Source of the DNA: Thermoanaerobaculia bacterium
GTDB lineage: Bacteria; Acidobacteriota; Thermoanaerobaculia; UBA5066
Direction of reading: 5' to 3'
Length of the DNA: 64,000 nucleotides
Assembly (NCBI GenBank): GCA_963816185.1
Contig: CAWFJJ010000030.1
Coordinates: 320,001 to 384,000, forward strand
In this document: piece after piece, positions 1 to 9,683 of the stretch
Layout of the letters: each line of letters begins with the position of its first letter
Numbering within the stretch: position 1 is the first letter of the stretch
Notes under the pieces: model-generated
What the model was told of the DNA's origin: nothing
The model's input: only the letters and a program-made list of their open reading frames with translations
The model's database searches: none
Translations under genes and position numbers: made by a program

Positions 1-84
1 CAGGTCAAGGAAGGAGACCGGGTCAAGGTGATGTCCGAGAAGGAGAAGAAGGCCGCCGAGGCGCAGGGACCGGGGACGACGTAG
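1..84 (+). CDS. 3' end of upstream gene, probably MacA/HlyD-type efflux periplasmic adaptor (partial)
   Basis: Frame 1 reads QVKEGDRVKVMSEKEKKAAEAQGPGTT*; the xKEGDRV tail is typical of membrane-fusion proteins, and the gene precedes two MacB-type permeases. Confidence 0.5.
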   Translation, partial: QVKEGDRVKVMSEKEKKAAEAQGPGTT

Positions 85-95
85 CGGGGCGAGGC

Positions 96-1310
96 GTGAC
101 CTTCTCCGAGCTCTTCTCGATCGTCTTCGACGCGCTCCACCTCAACAAGCTGAGGTCGGGGCTGACCCTTCTGGGCGTGATCATCGGCGTCACGACGGTC
201 GTCTCGGTCCTGTCGATCATTACCGGCCTGAACGACTACGTGATGAGCAAGGTGATCAACCTGAACCCGGACGTCATCGTCTTCACGAAGTACGGAATCA
301 TCCGGAGCCGGCAGGAGTTCATCCTGGCACAGAAGCGCAAGCCGATCACGATGCGTGAGATGAAGCTCGTGAAGTCCGAGTGCCTCTCCTGCGGGGCCGT
401 CGGGGCTCAGGGCGATCAGATCGCGAACGTGAAATCGGGCGGCCGGAAGCTCTCCGGCGTACCCGTGACCGGCTACACCGCGAACACGCTCACGCTCCTG
501 AACATCGACCTCGAGGCCGGCCGCTTCTTCACGCCCGCCGAGGAGGACCACTCGGCCGCGGTCGCCGTCATCGGGTACGACGTGAAGGACCAGCTTTTCC
601 CAACGCTCGATCCGCTGGGCCGCACGATCATGCTCAACGGCTACCCCCTGCGCGTCATCGGCCTGCAGAGCAAGCTCGGCAACGTGCTCGGGCAGAACCG
701 CGACAAGGTCGTCCTCGTCCCCCTTTCGTTTCTCCAGAAGGTGATGACGTCGAACCAGGGGATCTCGATCCTCGTCCGCCCGGTCACCGGCATGAAGGGG
801 CTGGATGAGGCCGAGAGCGAGGTCAGGACCATCCTTCGCTCGCTGCGCAGGACCCCGTTCCGCACCGAGGACCCGTTCGGCGTGGTCGGCGCCGAGGCGA
901 TCCAGTCGCTCTGGCGCTCCATCTCGGCGGGAGCGTTCGCGCTGATGGTCCTGATCTCGGGCATCTGCCTCGTCGTCGGCGCGATCGTGATCGCGAACAT
1001 CATGTTCGTATCGGTCGTCGAGCGAACGAAGGAGATCGGCCTGAGGATGGCGCTCGGGGCCCGGCGGCGTGACATCCGCCGGCAGTTCCTCCTCGAGTCG
1101 GCCGTTCTCGCGACGCTCGGCGGAGCCGTCGGCGTTCTCGGGGGCGCGCTGGTGGCTCTGGCTGTGAGCCAGATCTTCCCGGCGGAGGTGAAGCTCCACT
1201 TCGTGCTCCTCGGGCTCGTCACCTCCACGCTCACGGGCGTGCTGGCGGGGCTCGCTCCCGCCTCGGCGGCCTCCAAGCTGACGCCGATCGACGCTCTCCG
1301 GTATGAGTGA
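96..1310 (+). CDS. ABC transporter permease, MacB/FtsX family
   Basis: LRSGLTLLGVIIGV N-terminal TM, large periplasmic loop, NIMFVSVVERTKEIGLRMALGA and PIDALRYE motifs. Confidence 0.93.
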   Translation: MTFSELFSIVFDALHLNKLRSGLTLLGVIIGVTTVVSVLSIITGLNDYVMSKVINLNPDVIVFTKYGIIRSRQEFILAQKRKPITMREMKLVKSECLSCGAVGAQGDQIANVKSGGRKLSGVPVTGYTANTLTLLNIDLEAGRFFTPAEEDHSAAVAVIGYDVKDQLFPTLDPLGRTIMLNGYPLRVIGLQSKLGNVLGQNRDKVVLVPLSFLQKVMTSNQGISILVRPVTGMKGLDEAESEVRTILRSLRRTPFRTEDPFGVVGAEAIQSLWRSISAGAFALMVLISGICLVVGAIVIANIMFVSVVERTKEIGLRMALGARRRDIRRQFLLESAVLATLGGAVGVLGGALVALAVSQIFPAEVKLHFVLLGLVTSTLTGVLAGLAPASAASKLTPIDALRYE

Positions 1311-1319
1311 GGCGGTGCC

Positions 1320-2591
1320 GTGAACTTCCTGATGGCCGTCCTGAGGCGCGGTTTCGGCTCGAACGTCCGGTTCGCGGCGAGCTCCATCCTGGAGCACAAG
1401 CTCCGGTCGGGGCTGACGATCCTCGGGATCGTGGTCGGCGTGACCACGGTCATCGCCATGGTGGCGATCGTGACGGGCTTCAACAACAACGTGATCGGGA
1501 ACTTGCAGGCCTTCGGCGCGAACCGGGTCGAGTTCCAGAAATACGAGGACCGTTTCGGCCCCGGCGGACCTCTGAACGACGAAGAGCGGCGGCGACGGAA
1601 CCTGACGGTGGAGGACGCCGAAGCGCTGCGCAAGGAGGTGCCCGAGGCCAAGGCGGTCTCGACGCTCTGCGCCTACGATGACGCCGAGGTCAAGGTGAAG
1701 AACGGCAATCTCCTGGCCAACAGCCCCTACGTCCTCGCCTCGGACGAGTTCTACCCCGCCGCCACCGCGTACGAGGTCGGCAAGGGCCGCTTCTACACGT
1801 CGACGGAGGTCGCGCACAACGCGCCCGTGGCCGTGCTGGGTTCGGACGTGGAGGAGGCGATCTTCCCGAGCGAGGACCCGATCGGCAAGGACATCACGGT
1901 GAACGGAACCCGGTACCGCGTGGTGGGCATCCTGGCAAAGAAGGGGGCGCAGTTCGGCTACTCGCCCGACAACAAGATCGTCCTGCCGACGGGAACGTTC
2001 GCGCGGCAGTTCGGCTTTCGGCTGAAGCGCGACGGCGTAAGGCTCTGGGTCTTGCCGAGGCGCACTGAGGACCTCGAGAAGGTCATCGACAAGTGCGTCT
2101 CGGTCCTTCGGATGCGCCGGAAAGTGCCCTTCAACAAGCCGAACGACTTCGCCATCATCACGCCCGACCAGCTCATCTCGCAATTCCGGGCCATCACCGG
2201 AGGCGTGACGGGGGCGATGGTCTTCATCGCGCTGATCTCGCTCGTCATCGGGGGCGTCGGCGTGATGAACATCATGCTCGTCTCGGTGACGCAACGGACT
2301 CGGGAGATCGGCATTCGAAAGGCCGTCGGCGCGCTGAAGCGCGACATCGTTCTCCAGTTCCTCGTGGAGGCGATCACGCTCACGAGCGTGGGCGGCGCCA
2401 TCGGTGTGGCCCTGGGAGTCCTCATCTCGGTGGGGGTCAAGGCCCTCGTTCCTTCCCTCCCCACCTCCGTTCCCCTTTGGTCCCCGATTCTGGGCCTGGC
2501 GGTCTCGATGAGCGTCGGGATCTTCTTCGGCGCCTACCCGGCGGTGAAAGCCTCGCGGCTCGACCCGATCGAGGCGCTCCGGTACGAGTAG
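1320..2591 (+). CDS. ABC transporter permease, MacB/FtsX family (paralog)
   Basis: LRSGLTILGIVVGV, MNIMLVSVTQRTREIGIRKAVGA, DPIEALRYE. Confidence 0.93.
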   Translation: MNFLMAVLRRGFGSNVRFAASSILEHKLRSGLTILGIVVGVTTVIAMVAIVTGFNNNVIGNLQAFGANRVEFQKYEDRFGPGGPLNDEERRRRNLTVEDAEALRKEVPEAKAVSTLCAYDDAEVKVKNGNLLANSPYVLASDEFYPAATAYEVGKGRFYTSTEVAHNAPVAVLGSDVEEAIFPSEDPIGKDITVNGTRYRVVGILAKKGAQFGYSPDNKIVLPTGTFARQFGFRLKRDGVRLWVLPRRTEDLEKVIDKCVSVLRMRRKVPFNKPNDFAIITPDQLISQFRAITGGVTGAMVFIALISLVIGGVGVMNIMLVSVTQRTREIGIRKAVGALKRDIVLQFLVEAITLTSVGGAIGVALGVLISVGVKALVPSLPTSVPLWSPILGLAVSMSVGIFFGAYPAVKASRLDPIEALRYE

Positions 2592-2609
2592 AGGCGTCTC
2601 TTCGGCATC

Positions 2610-3644
2610 TCAGGCCACCTTCAGCACGATCTTCCCGAAGGCCGCCCCCGAAGCCATTCGTTCGTAAGCCTTGCGGGCGTCGGCGAGCGGAAACACGCTG
2701 TCGACGACGGGATCGATCCGGCCGGCCTCCACCGCTTTCAGCATCGCCGAGAATTCCGCGTCCGTGCCCATCGTGGACCCGAGGATCGTGAGCTGCTTCC
2801 AGAAGATGATGCGAATCTCCTCCTCGGGATTCGGGCCCGAAGTCGCCCCGCACGTGACGATTCGCCCCTTCTTCGCGGCCGCGGTGAGCGAGTGCCGCCA
2901 CGTGGCCGCGCCGACCGAGTCGACGACGACGTCCACGCCGCGCTTCCCCGTCAGCTCGCGGATCGCCTTGCCGACGTCCGCCGTCCTGTAGTCGATCGTC
3001 TCGTCGGCTCCGAGCTCGCGCGCCTTCTTGAGCTTCTCCTCCGAGGAGGACGTCACGAAGACGCGGGAGGCTCCGCACAGCTTCGCGATCTGCACGGCGA
3101 AAGTCGAGACGCCTCCGCCGACTCCGTGCACGAGCACGGTCTCCCCCGGCCGGAGGGCGGCGCGCGTCACGAGCATGCGCCACGCCGTGAGCCCCACGAG
3201 CGGAAACGCGGCGGCCTTCTCGGGAGAGAGGCGGCTCGGCGCCGGGTAGACGTTCGCCCGCGGCACGGCGATCTTCTCGGCGAACGTGCCGGGGACGTGC
3301 TCGCCGAGGATCCGGAAGCTCACGCACAGGCTGCGCTCGCCGGCAAGGCAGAACTCGCAGGTCCCGCATGAGAGACCGGGCTGCAGGACGACCCGAGACC
3401 CGGGCGCGGGGCCTTTCACGCCGGCTCCGAGCGCCTCGACGACTCCCGTCCCGTCCGCGCCCGGCACGTGCGGAAAAGTCACGGGCACTCCGGGGATGCC
3501 GTTCCTCACGAACACGTCGAGGCCGTTGAGAGCGGCCGCTTCGATCCTCACGAGCACCTCGCCGGCGCCCGGTACGGGGTCGGGCCGCTCGCCGAAGGTG
3601 AGGACGTCGTTGCTGCCGTGCGCGGTCAAGAAGACTGCTTTCAT
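2610..3644 (-). CDS. Zinc-binding alcohol dehydrogenase / quinone oxidoreductase (MDR superfamily)
   Basis: CGTCEFCLAGERSLC structural Zn motif, PHVPGADGTG, VHGVGGGVS nucleotide-binding loop, FGKIVL C-terminus. Confidence 0.9.
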   Translation of the reverse strand: MKAVFLTAHGSNDVLTFGERPDPVPGAGEVLVRIEAAALNGLDVFVRNGIPGVPVTFPHVPGADGTGVVEALGAGVKGPAPGSRVVLQPGLSCGTCEFCLAGERSLCVSFRILGEHVPGTFAEKIAVPRANVYPAPSRLSPEKAAAFPLVGLTAWRMLVTRAALRPGETVLVHGVGGGVSTFAVQIAKLCGASRVFVTSSSEEKLKKARELGADETIDYRTADVGKAIRELTGKRGVDVVVDSVGAATWRHSLTAAAKKGRIVTCGATSGPNPEEEIRIIFWKQLTILGSTMGTDAEFSAMLKAVEAGRIDPVVDSVFPLADARKAYERMASGAAFGKIVLKVA

Positions 3645-3733
3645 CGCTGCCTCCGCTCGGTCGAGATTAGCCGATGGCCGCGTCGGTCATAATGCAAGGC
3701 TCCGGCGCTCTCTCGCGCCCGGAAAGGAGCCGC

Positions 3734-4057
3734 ATGAGGGCCTGGGAAATCCGTCAGAAAAGAGCGCAGAAGCGGGCCCGCGAGCTCGCTCGTAAGGAGA
3801 AGAACAAGCACACGAAGGAGACGTCGACCTTCCGGCTGGTCGTGGCGGGGCGCGGGGGCGAGCCAGCAGTCGTCGAGTCGGTCATCGTGAAGAACCCCGA
3901 CGAGTCCGTCGCCGAGGCGACGTTCGAGGAGATCGAACCGGGCATTACCCTGATCGTCGAGGGCGAGCGCGGCCTCATTCAGCGCGTCGTCGTCGAGGAG
4001 AAGCTGGAGCTCGACGAGCCCGAGCCGATGCGCGAGGTGCGCGTCCGGGTCCTCTAG
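3734..4057 (+). CDS. Small hypothetical protein (basic N-terminal helix, acidic beta-rich C-terminus)
   Basis: ATG at 3734 preceded by AAGGAG; coding-like codon usage; divergent from the dehydrogenase. Confidence 0.65.
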   Translation: MRAWEIRQKRAQKRARELARKEKNKHTKETSTFRLVVAGRGGEPAVVESVIVKNPDESVAEATFEEIEPGITLIVEGERGLIQRVVVEEKLELDEPEPMREVRVRVL

Positions 4058-5229
4058 CCCTTCCGCCGGGGAGCCGCGCGACGACGGCGTCGCCCGCCTC
4101 GGCGGTCGAGAGCTTTCCCCCGAGGTCGCGCGTCGTCTCCCCCGCCGCGACGCACGCGGCCACGGCGCGTTCGACGAGCCCGGCGAGATCCGCGCGGCCG
4201 ACGTGCCCGAGCAGCATCCCGAGGCTCCGGATCGACCCGAACGGGTTCGCGATTTCTCTGCCCGCGAGGTCGGGAGCCGAGCCGTGGACGGGCTCGAAGA
4301 CGGACGTCCTGCCCGGGTGCACGTTCCCGGACGGGGCGAGGCCGAGGCCTCCCTGCAGGGCGGCGCCGAGATCGGAGAGCACGTCGCCGAAGAGGTTGTT
4401 CGTGACGACGACGTCCAGCGAGGCCGGGTCGACCACCATCTCGTGCGCGAGAGCGTCCGCGAACATGTGCCGGCTCTCGCAGGACGGGAACTCCGCCGCC
4501 ACCTCGCGAAACACGCGATGCCACAGGCCGCCGCCGCGCTTCTGGACGTTGTGCTTGTCCGCCATGAGGACACGGGGGCGCCGTCCGAGGCGTCGGGGCT
4601 TCTCGAAGGCCTGTCGCGTACGCGAAAGCCGCGCGGCAGATCCGCTCGACTCCGCGCCGGGTCGTCACGTCCTCCTCGACCGCTTCCTCGCCGGGCGTGC
4701 CGGCTCCCGCGACGCGTCCGCGCCCCGAGTAGGCCCCTTCGGTGTTCTCGCGGAAGAGGACGAAGTCTACGTCGGAGGCGTGCGCCTTTCGAAGCGGGAC
4801 GAGAGAGTCGTCGAGCGCGTGCACGGGACGGATGTTCGCGAAAAGATCGAGCCGGCGGCGCATGCCGAGCAGGATCTCGTCCGCGTGCCGCCCGTCCGGA
4901 ACGCGTGGGTCGCCGAAGGCGCCCGCGAGGACCGCGTCGAAATCGCGCGCGAGCATGTCGAATGCGCCCGCGGGGATCGTTTCTCCGGTCTTCAGGAAGT
5001 GATCAGCACCCCAGGGGAATAAAGAAATTTCTATGGATGGACCCGAGCCAGGGGCGGGGCCTCTCCGACGCCCGAGCGTGCTGTTTGAGCGAAGCGAGTT
5101 CACGCGAGTAGGAGGAGAGGTCCCGCCCCGGGCGAGGGCGCCGTCTGAGCGAAGCACGTCGAGCACTTTCAGAGCCTCGCGCGTCACCTCGGGGCCGATG
5201 CCGTCGCCGGGCACGACCGCGATCCGCAT
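4054..5229 (-). CDS. Isocitrate/isopropylmalate/tartrate dehydrogenase family protein (LeuB-like), frameshifted near 4575-4615 and possibly near 4070
   Basis: GDGIGPEV, RENTEGAY in one frame; DKHNV, NLFGDVLSD, FEPVHGSAPDLAG in the next frame (ORF 3975..4565). Confidence 0.85.
   Translation of the reverse strand: MRIAVVPGDGIGPEVTREALKVLDVLRSDGALARGGTSPPTRVNSLRSNSTLGRRRGPAPGSGPSIEISLFPWGADHFLKTGETIPAGAFDMLARDFDAVLAGAFGDPRVPDGRHADEILLGMRRRLDLFANIRPVHALDDSLVPLRKAHASDVDFVLFRENTEGAYSGRGRVAGAGTPGEEAVEEDVTTRRGVERICRAAFAYATGLREAPTPRTAPPCPHGGQAQRPEARRRPVASRVSRGGGGVPVLREPAHVRGRSRARDGGRPGLAGRRRHEQPLRRRALRSRRRPAGRPRPRPVRERAPGQDVRLRARPRLGSRPRGQRNREPVRVDPEPRDAARARRPRGSRRARRTRRGRVRRGGGDDARPRGKALDRRGGRRRRRAAPRRKG
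5051..5129. repeat. REP-like palindromic element inside the LeuB-like gene
   Basis: GGGGCGGGGCCTCTCC (5051-5066) pairs with GGAGAGGTCCCGCCCC (5114-5129), 15/16; internal GAGCGAAGCGAG. Confidence 0.6.
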
Positions 5230-5242
5230 CGGGCGCCTCGCC

Positions 5243-8053
5243 CTACGCTTCGAGCGCGAGAAGCGCCGCGAGCAGCTCGCCGCCGTCCGGGAAGCGGTCC
5301 GGGCGGTGCCGCGCCAGCGTCCGCATGAGGACCGAGACCTCCCCCTCGCTCAGGAACGGGGCGTACGGGCGCGGGTCGTCGGGGTCGCGCTCGAGCCGCG
5401 CGACGAGAACGTCGTCGCCGACGTATGGCCACCGCCCCGTCGCGAGCGTGTAGAACGCGGCGCCCAGCGAGTACACGTCCGAGGCCGGGCTCGGCATCTC
5501 GCCGCGGAGGACCTCGGGCGGGAAGAAGGCCGGGCTGCCGATGAGCTTGGACGTGCCGCCCGCGTCGGCCTGGGGAAGCGCGAGGCCGAAGTCGAGGATG
5601 CGCAGCGTCTCGTGCTCGTCGAGAATGAGGTTCGCGGGCTTGAGATCCCGGTGCAGGATGCCCTTCGCGTGGGCCGCCGCGATGCCGCGGGTCGCCTGCA
5701 CGAACCAGGTTCTCCAGTTCTTCTGCACTCTCTCCGAGTCCTTCTTGATGAGCTTCTGGAGATTCGGCCCCTCGAGGTACTCCATCGCGAGATACAGGCT
5801 GCCGAACCCCTCGCCGTAGTCGTAGAGCGCGACGACGTTCGGATGCTTGAGAGCGGCGATCGCCTTGGCCTCGCGCTTGAAGTAGCGCATCGCGGTCTCG
5901 TCGCCGCGGAGCTGCCACGGCAGGATCTTCAGCGCCACGAACCGGTCCAGCTTCTTGTCGAGCGCCTTGTGCACGACGCCCATGCCGCCGCGCCCGAGCT
6001 CGGCGAGGATCTCGTAGCGCGACTCGGGAGTCTCGGGAAGGCCGAAACCCATCGTGGGCTTCGCCGGCGCCGGAGACGCCGGCATCGCGATGCGCAGCGG
6101 CGGCGGCTTCGCGGGCGGCGGCGGAGCGGGCCGCGTGAAAGCCGCGTAGGGCCCCGACTTGTGCACCGCCGGCGTCCGGATGAGGGCTGCGGGCATGGGG
6201 TCGTCCGGCTCGACGTCCGAGAACGGCAAGGGCTGCACCGCGGCGCCCTGGAGCACGGAAGGATCGAAAGCCGCGATCCGCCCCAGCTCCACGCCTTCCT
6301 CGGAGTCGTCGGATGCACGGAGCGCCTCGAGCAGCGTCATGTGGAGCGGAAGGTTCTCGCCGTCGACCTTGCCGCGCCCGAGCAGCTCCCGCAGGATGTG
6401 AACGGCGTCCTTGCTTTCGCCGGCGGCCATGTGCGCGCGCGCGAGCTCGTGAAAGACCTCGGCAAGCCCCGGCTCGCTGCGCGGCACTCCGGTGAGGTAT
6501 TCCCACGCCTTCTCGCGGCGCCCTCCCAGCAGCGCGCACCGCGCTGCCTCGAGGCCGCGGCCCGTGCGGAGAAAGAGCTGGGCTGCTTCGTCGAATTTCC
6601 CTCCGGCCTGAAGCGCAGCCGCCGCGGCCGGCAGGCGGCCGGCGCCGCGAAAGAGAGCTGCAGCCCTGTCGTAGTTCTTCAGCTCGGTGAAGAGCGCCGC
6701 CGCCTTCTCGACCTGTCCCGCCGCCGCGTAGGCGTCCGCCGCCGCCTCGCGATTCCCGCCGCGCTGGTAGAGGGGCGCGGCCTTCTCGAGACGCCCCGCC
6801 TCCTTCCAGGCGTCCGCCGCACGGACGAAATCACCTGCCTTCTCGAAGAGGCCCGCGGCGCGCAGCGCCTGCCCGGCCCGGCGCCACGCGTCGGCCGCGG
6901 ACACGAGGTCGCCCCGGCTCTCGGCCTCGCGTGCGAGAAGCTCCTGCGCACCCTTCTCGTCGCCCGCTCGTGCCGCCGCGAGGGCGGCCTTCGTGAGGGC
7001 GCCGCTCCTTTCGAAGGACTGGACCGCTTCGACGGGGCGGCCGCTCTCCACGAAGAGCTCGCCCGCGAGGAGGAATTCCTGCGCGTTCCGGTACGCCTCG
7101 GCGGCTTCGCCGGGTTTTCCCGCGTTGCGGTAGGCGTCCGCGGCCCTCTTCCACAGCGCCGCGCGGACGGGCCCCTGCGGCGTCCCCTCGGCGAGCCGCC
7201 GGCACCCCTCCGCGAGAGACGCGTGGTCACCGAGCGCCTCGGCGATCTCGGCGAGCCGGTCCCAGCGCGACCCCGCTCGCGCCAGCAGAAGCGCCTTCTT
7301 GCCCAGCTCCTCGGCAACACCGGACTCGCCGGCGGCGTCCCACGCGCGGGAGGCTTCCCACACGTAGCCGTCGCCGGCCTCGTCATACAGGCGCGCCGCC
7401 TCCCGAGCTCTTCCGTCGCGTTGCTCGAGCGCGGCCAGCCGGGGCCAGGCCTTTGCCTTCTTGAACATCCGGCGCGCGCGCTTCGTATCGCCTGCCTTCA
7501 GGTATGCCTCGCCGGCGTGGACCCAGTCGCGCGTGTCCTGGAAGACCTGCGCGGACGAAGCCTCGGGATGTCCGGGCTGTCCGAGCCGGATCGCGAAGAG
7601 ACAGACGAGAAGCCCCACGATGTCGATGGCATACCGCAGCGTGGCCGTGCGCCCGAGGAGCTGGAAGAACGGCGAGGCCGCCAAGTCACGCGAGGCGGTG
7701 TCGAGCCAAGGTTGGCGCACGAGGAGAGAGAGAACGTCGACGATCTGGTCGAGATGCGCGGTCACGAGGAAGCCGACGCCCACCACGAGGACGAGAATCG
7801 AGGAGCGCAGCCATTCGCCGATCGCGACTCCGCGCAGGTTCAGGGCCTTCACGATGAGCCGCACCAGGATGAGGACGACGACGACCGCCCCGATCTGGGG
7901 CGCGAAGTAGAAGCGCTCCGCCACGAGCCGCCGGGCGAGGTCGCTCGACTCCGTATTGGTGCGCGCCCAGTCCACGGCGCGCACGAGACCGAGCTGAGCG
8001 GCGAGCGCGAGAACCAACGTCGGAAGGTCGTCTTTCCAGTTTCTGGACGCCAC
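5243..8053 (-). CDS. Membrane-anchored Ser/Thr protein kinase with TPR-like helical repeats and C-terminal kinase domain
   Basis: LGRGGMGVV, VALK, HRDLKPAN, DFGLA, SDVYSLG; N-terminal hydrophobic helices; many AAxLFEKAG-type repeats; Pro-rich linker. Confidence 0.9.
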   Translation of the reverse strand: MASRNWKDDLPTLVLALAAQLGLVRAVDWARTNTESSDLARRLVAERFYFAPQIGAVVVVLILVRLIVKALNLRGVAIGEWLRSSILVLVVGVGFLVTAHLDQIVDVLSLLVRQPWLDTASRDLAASPFFQLLGRTATLRYAIDIVGLLVCLFAIRLGQPGHPEASSAQVFQDTRDWVHAGEAYLKAGDTKRARRMFKKAKAWPRLAALEQRDGRAREAARLYDEAGDGYVWEASRAWDAAGESGVAEELGKKALLLARAGSRWDRLAEIAEALGDHASLAEGCRRLAEGTPQGPVRAALWKRAADAYRNAGKPGEAAEAYRNAQEFLLAGELFVESGRPVEAVQSFERSGALTKAALAAARAGDEKGAQELLAREAESRGDLVSAADAWRRAGQALRAAGLFEKAGDFVRAADAWKEAGRLEKAAPLYQRGGNREAAADAYAAAGQVEKAAALFTELKNYDRAAALFRGAGRLPAAAAALQAGGKFDEAAQLFLRTGRGLEAARCALLGGRREKAWEYLTGVPRSEPGLAEVFHELARAHMAAGESKDAVHILRELLGRGKVDGENLPLHMTLLEALRASDDSEEGVELGRIAAFDPSVLQGAAVQPLPFSDVEPDDPMPAALIRTPAVHKSGPYAAFTRPAPPPPAKPPPLRIAMPASPAPAKPTMGFGLPETPESRYEILAELGRGGMGVVHKALDKKLDRFVALKILPWQLRGDETAMRYFKREAKAIAALKHPNVVALYDYGEGFGSLYLAMEYLEGPNLQKLIKKDSERVQKNWRTWFVQATRGIAAAHAKGILHRDLKPANLILDEHETLRILDFGLALPQADAGGTSKLIGSPAFFPPEVLRGEMPSPASDVYSLGAAFYTLATGRWPYVGDDVLVARLERDPDDPRPYAPFLSEGEVSVLMRTLARHRPDRFPDGGELLAALLALEA

Positions 8054-8130
8054 GGGTACACGATTATGAGCGATTCACGGCCGCGCGCGCCGGACGCGAG
8101 GACTCGGGCCGCGGTACAGTCTCTTTCTCC

Positions 8131-8703
8131 ATGCGACGGCCCGCCTCGATTCTCCTCGCCGTGGGACTCGTGGCGGCCCACTCCGCCTCCGCACAGTCGT
8201 ACTCGGACCCCGGAACGGGCTATGGCGTCGACGCCGGATACGCGCGCGGACGTGACGCCGAGTCGGGCGGCGCCACGGGCGGAGTCCACGCCCGTCTGCG
8301 CCTCACCGGCGGGGTCGGCCTGGACGTGTCGGCCGGATATCGGCGCGACGCCTTCGCGACGGACGGTGTGCGCGCCTTGACGGTCGACGAGATCCCCGTC
8401 GCGGCCTCCCTCCTCGTTTTCTTCCCGTACGCCGGGCGCGTGCAGCCGTACCTTCTCGCGGGCATCGGCTACACGTGGGCGAAACCGAGGGGCTTGGGAC
8501 CGAACGCCGGCACGTCATATCCCGCGGAGAACCTCTTCGCGCTGCACGGCGGCGCAGGAGTGGACGTCAGGACGAGCTTCAGGACGTCCGTGTTCCTCGA
8601 CGGCCGCTTCGTCTTTCTCGACGTGGATGCGGTCAAGGCGCTTGCGAACCAGCCGAAGTCCGACTACGTCCGCGTCGCGGCCGGCTTCAACGTCTACTTC
8701 TAG
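8131..8703 (+). CDS. Small outer-membrane beta-barrel protein (OmpA/OmpW-like)
   Basis: Signal peptide, QPYLLAGIGY, alternating beta pattern, C-terminal Phe (GFNVYF). Confidence 0.85.
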   Translation: MRRPASILLAVGLVAAHSASAQSYSDPGTGYGVDAGYARGRDAESGGATGGVHARLRLTGGVGLDVSAGYRRDAFATDGVRALTVDEIPVAASLLVFFPYAGRVQPYLLAGIGYTWAKPRGLGPNAGTSYPAENLFALHGGAGVDVRTSFRTSVFLDGRFVFLDVDAVKALANQPKSDYVRVAAGFNVYF

Positions 8704-9683
8704 ACGGCGTCGGGGCCGAGGCCGGAAACGAGCCGGCCGAATGTCTCGGGGTCGATGTTGCCGCCCGACAGCACGACGCCCACGCGCTTGCCCGAAAGAT
8801 CCTCCACGCGCCCCGACAGAACGCCGGCGAAGGCCGCGGTCGCCCCCGGCTCGACGACGAGCTTCATGGCCGTGAACAGCAGCGACATGGCGCGCCTGAG
8901 CTCGAGGTCGCTCACGGTGACGACCCGCTCGACCAGGGCGGACACGAGCGCGAACGTGTGGACGCCCGGCTTCGTCGTTTGAAGGCAGTCCGCGATCGTG
9001 GCGGGCACCGGGATGGAGACGGGATGTCCCGCGGCGAGTGACCGGACGAAATCGTCTCCCGCCTCCGGCTCGACACCGAAGACGCGGGCCGAGGGCAGGA
9101 GCGCCTTCACGGCGACCGCGACGCCGGAAAGGAGCCCGCCTCCGCCGAGGGGCGTCAGGACGGCGTCGAGGTCCGGCACGTCCTCGAGAAGCTCGAGCCC
9201 GGCGGTCCCTTGCCCCGCGATGACGGCGACGTCGTCGAACGGCGGCACGAGGACTCGGGCCTCGTTCGCGACGATCTCCGCGGCGATCTTCTCGCGGCTC
9301 TCCTCGGCGCGATCGTAGAGGCGCACTTCGGCGCCGTACCCGCGCGTGGCGGCGAGCTTGAGGGCCGGCGCGTCGCGCGGCATGACGATGACGGCCGAGA
9401 CGCCGAGCTCCCGGGCCGCAAGCGCGACGGCCTGAGCGTGGTTGCCGGAGGAAAACGCCACGACACCACGCCTGCTTTCCTCGGGCGTCAGCAGCGACAG
9501 GCGCGAGAACGCACCGCGCGCCTTGAACGCGCCCACTCGCTGGAACGTCTCGCATTTGAAGTAAAGGCGGCAACCCGCCCGCGCGTCGAGGCGGCGCGAG
9601 GTCATGACCGGGGTGCGGTTCACGTGCCGCGCGATCCGCCGGCGCGCGGCCTCGACGTCGACGAGCGTCACGGGCAAGGTCAC
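8700..9683 (-). CDS. PLP-dependent threonine/serine dehydratase or serine racemase family protein
   Basis: FKCETFQRVGAFKARGA (PLP lysine), SSGNHAQ, GGGGL, SGGN. Confidence 0.92.
   Translation of the reverse strand: MTLPVTLVDVEAARRRIARHVNRTPVMTSRRLDARAGCRLYFKCETFQRVGAFKARGAFSRLSLLTPEESRRGVVAFSSGNHAQAVALAARELGVSAVIVMPRDAPALKLAATRGYGAEVRLYDRAEESREKIAAEIVANEARVLVPPFDDVAVIAGQGTAGLELLEDVPDLDAVLTPLGGGGLLSGVAVAVKALLPSARVFGVEPEAGDDFVRSLAAGHPVSIPVPATIADCLQTTKPGVHTFALVSALVERVVTVSDLELRRAMSLLFTAMKLVVEPGATAAFAGVLSGRVEDLSGKRVGVVLSGGNIDPETFGRLVSGLGPDAV

Noticed and set aside
381-395. CxxC in the first permease as a heme-binding site
   Set aside because: Reads CLSCG with no His; not a c-type heme motif
5033-8380. 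Very long antisense or alternative-frame ORFs (e.g. 5033..8380 +, 16884..19835 -, 47403..50663 -, most of 18380..21931 +)
   Set aside because: Shadow ORFs expected at high GC; Arg/Gly/Pro-rich with no motifs, and they overlap well-supported genes
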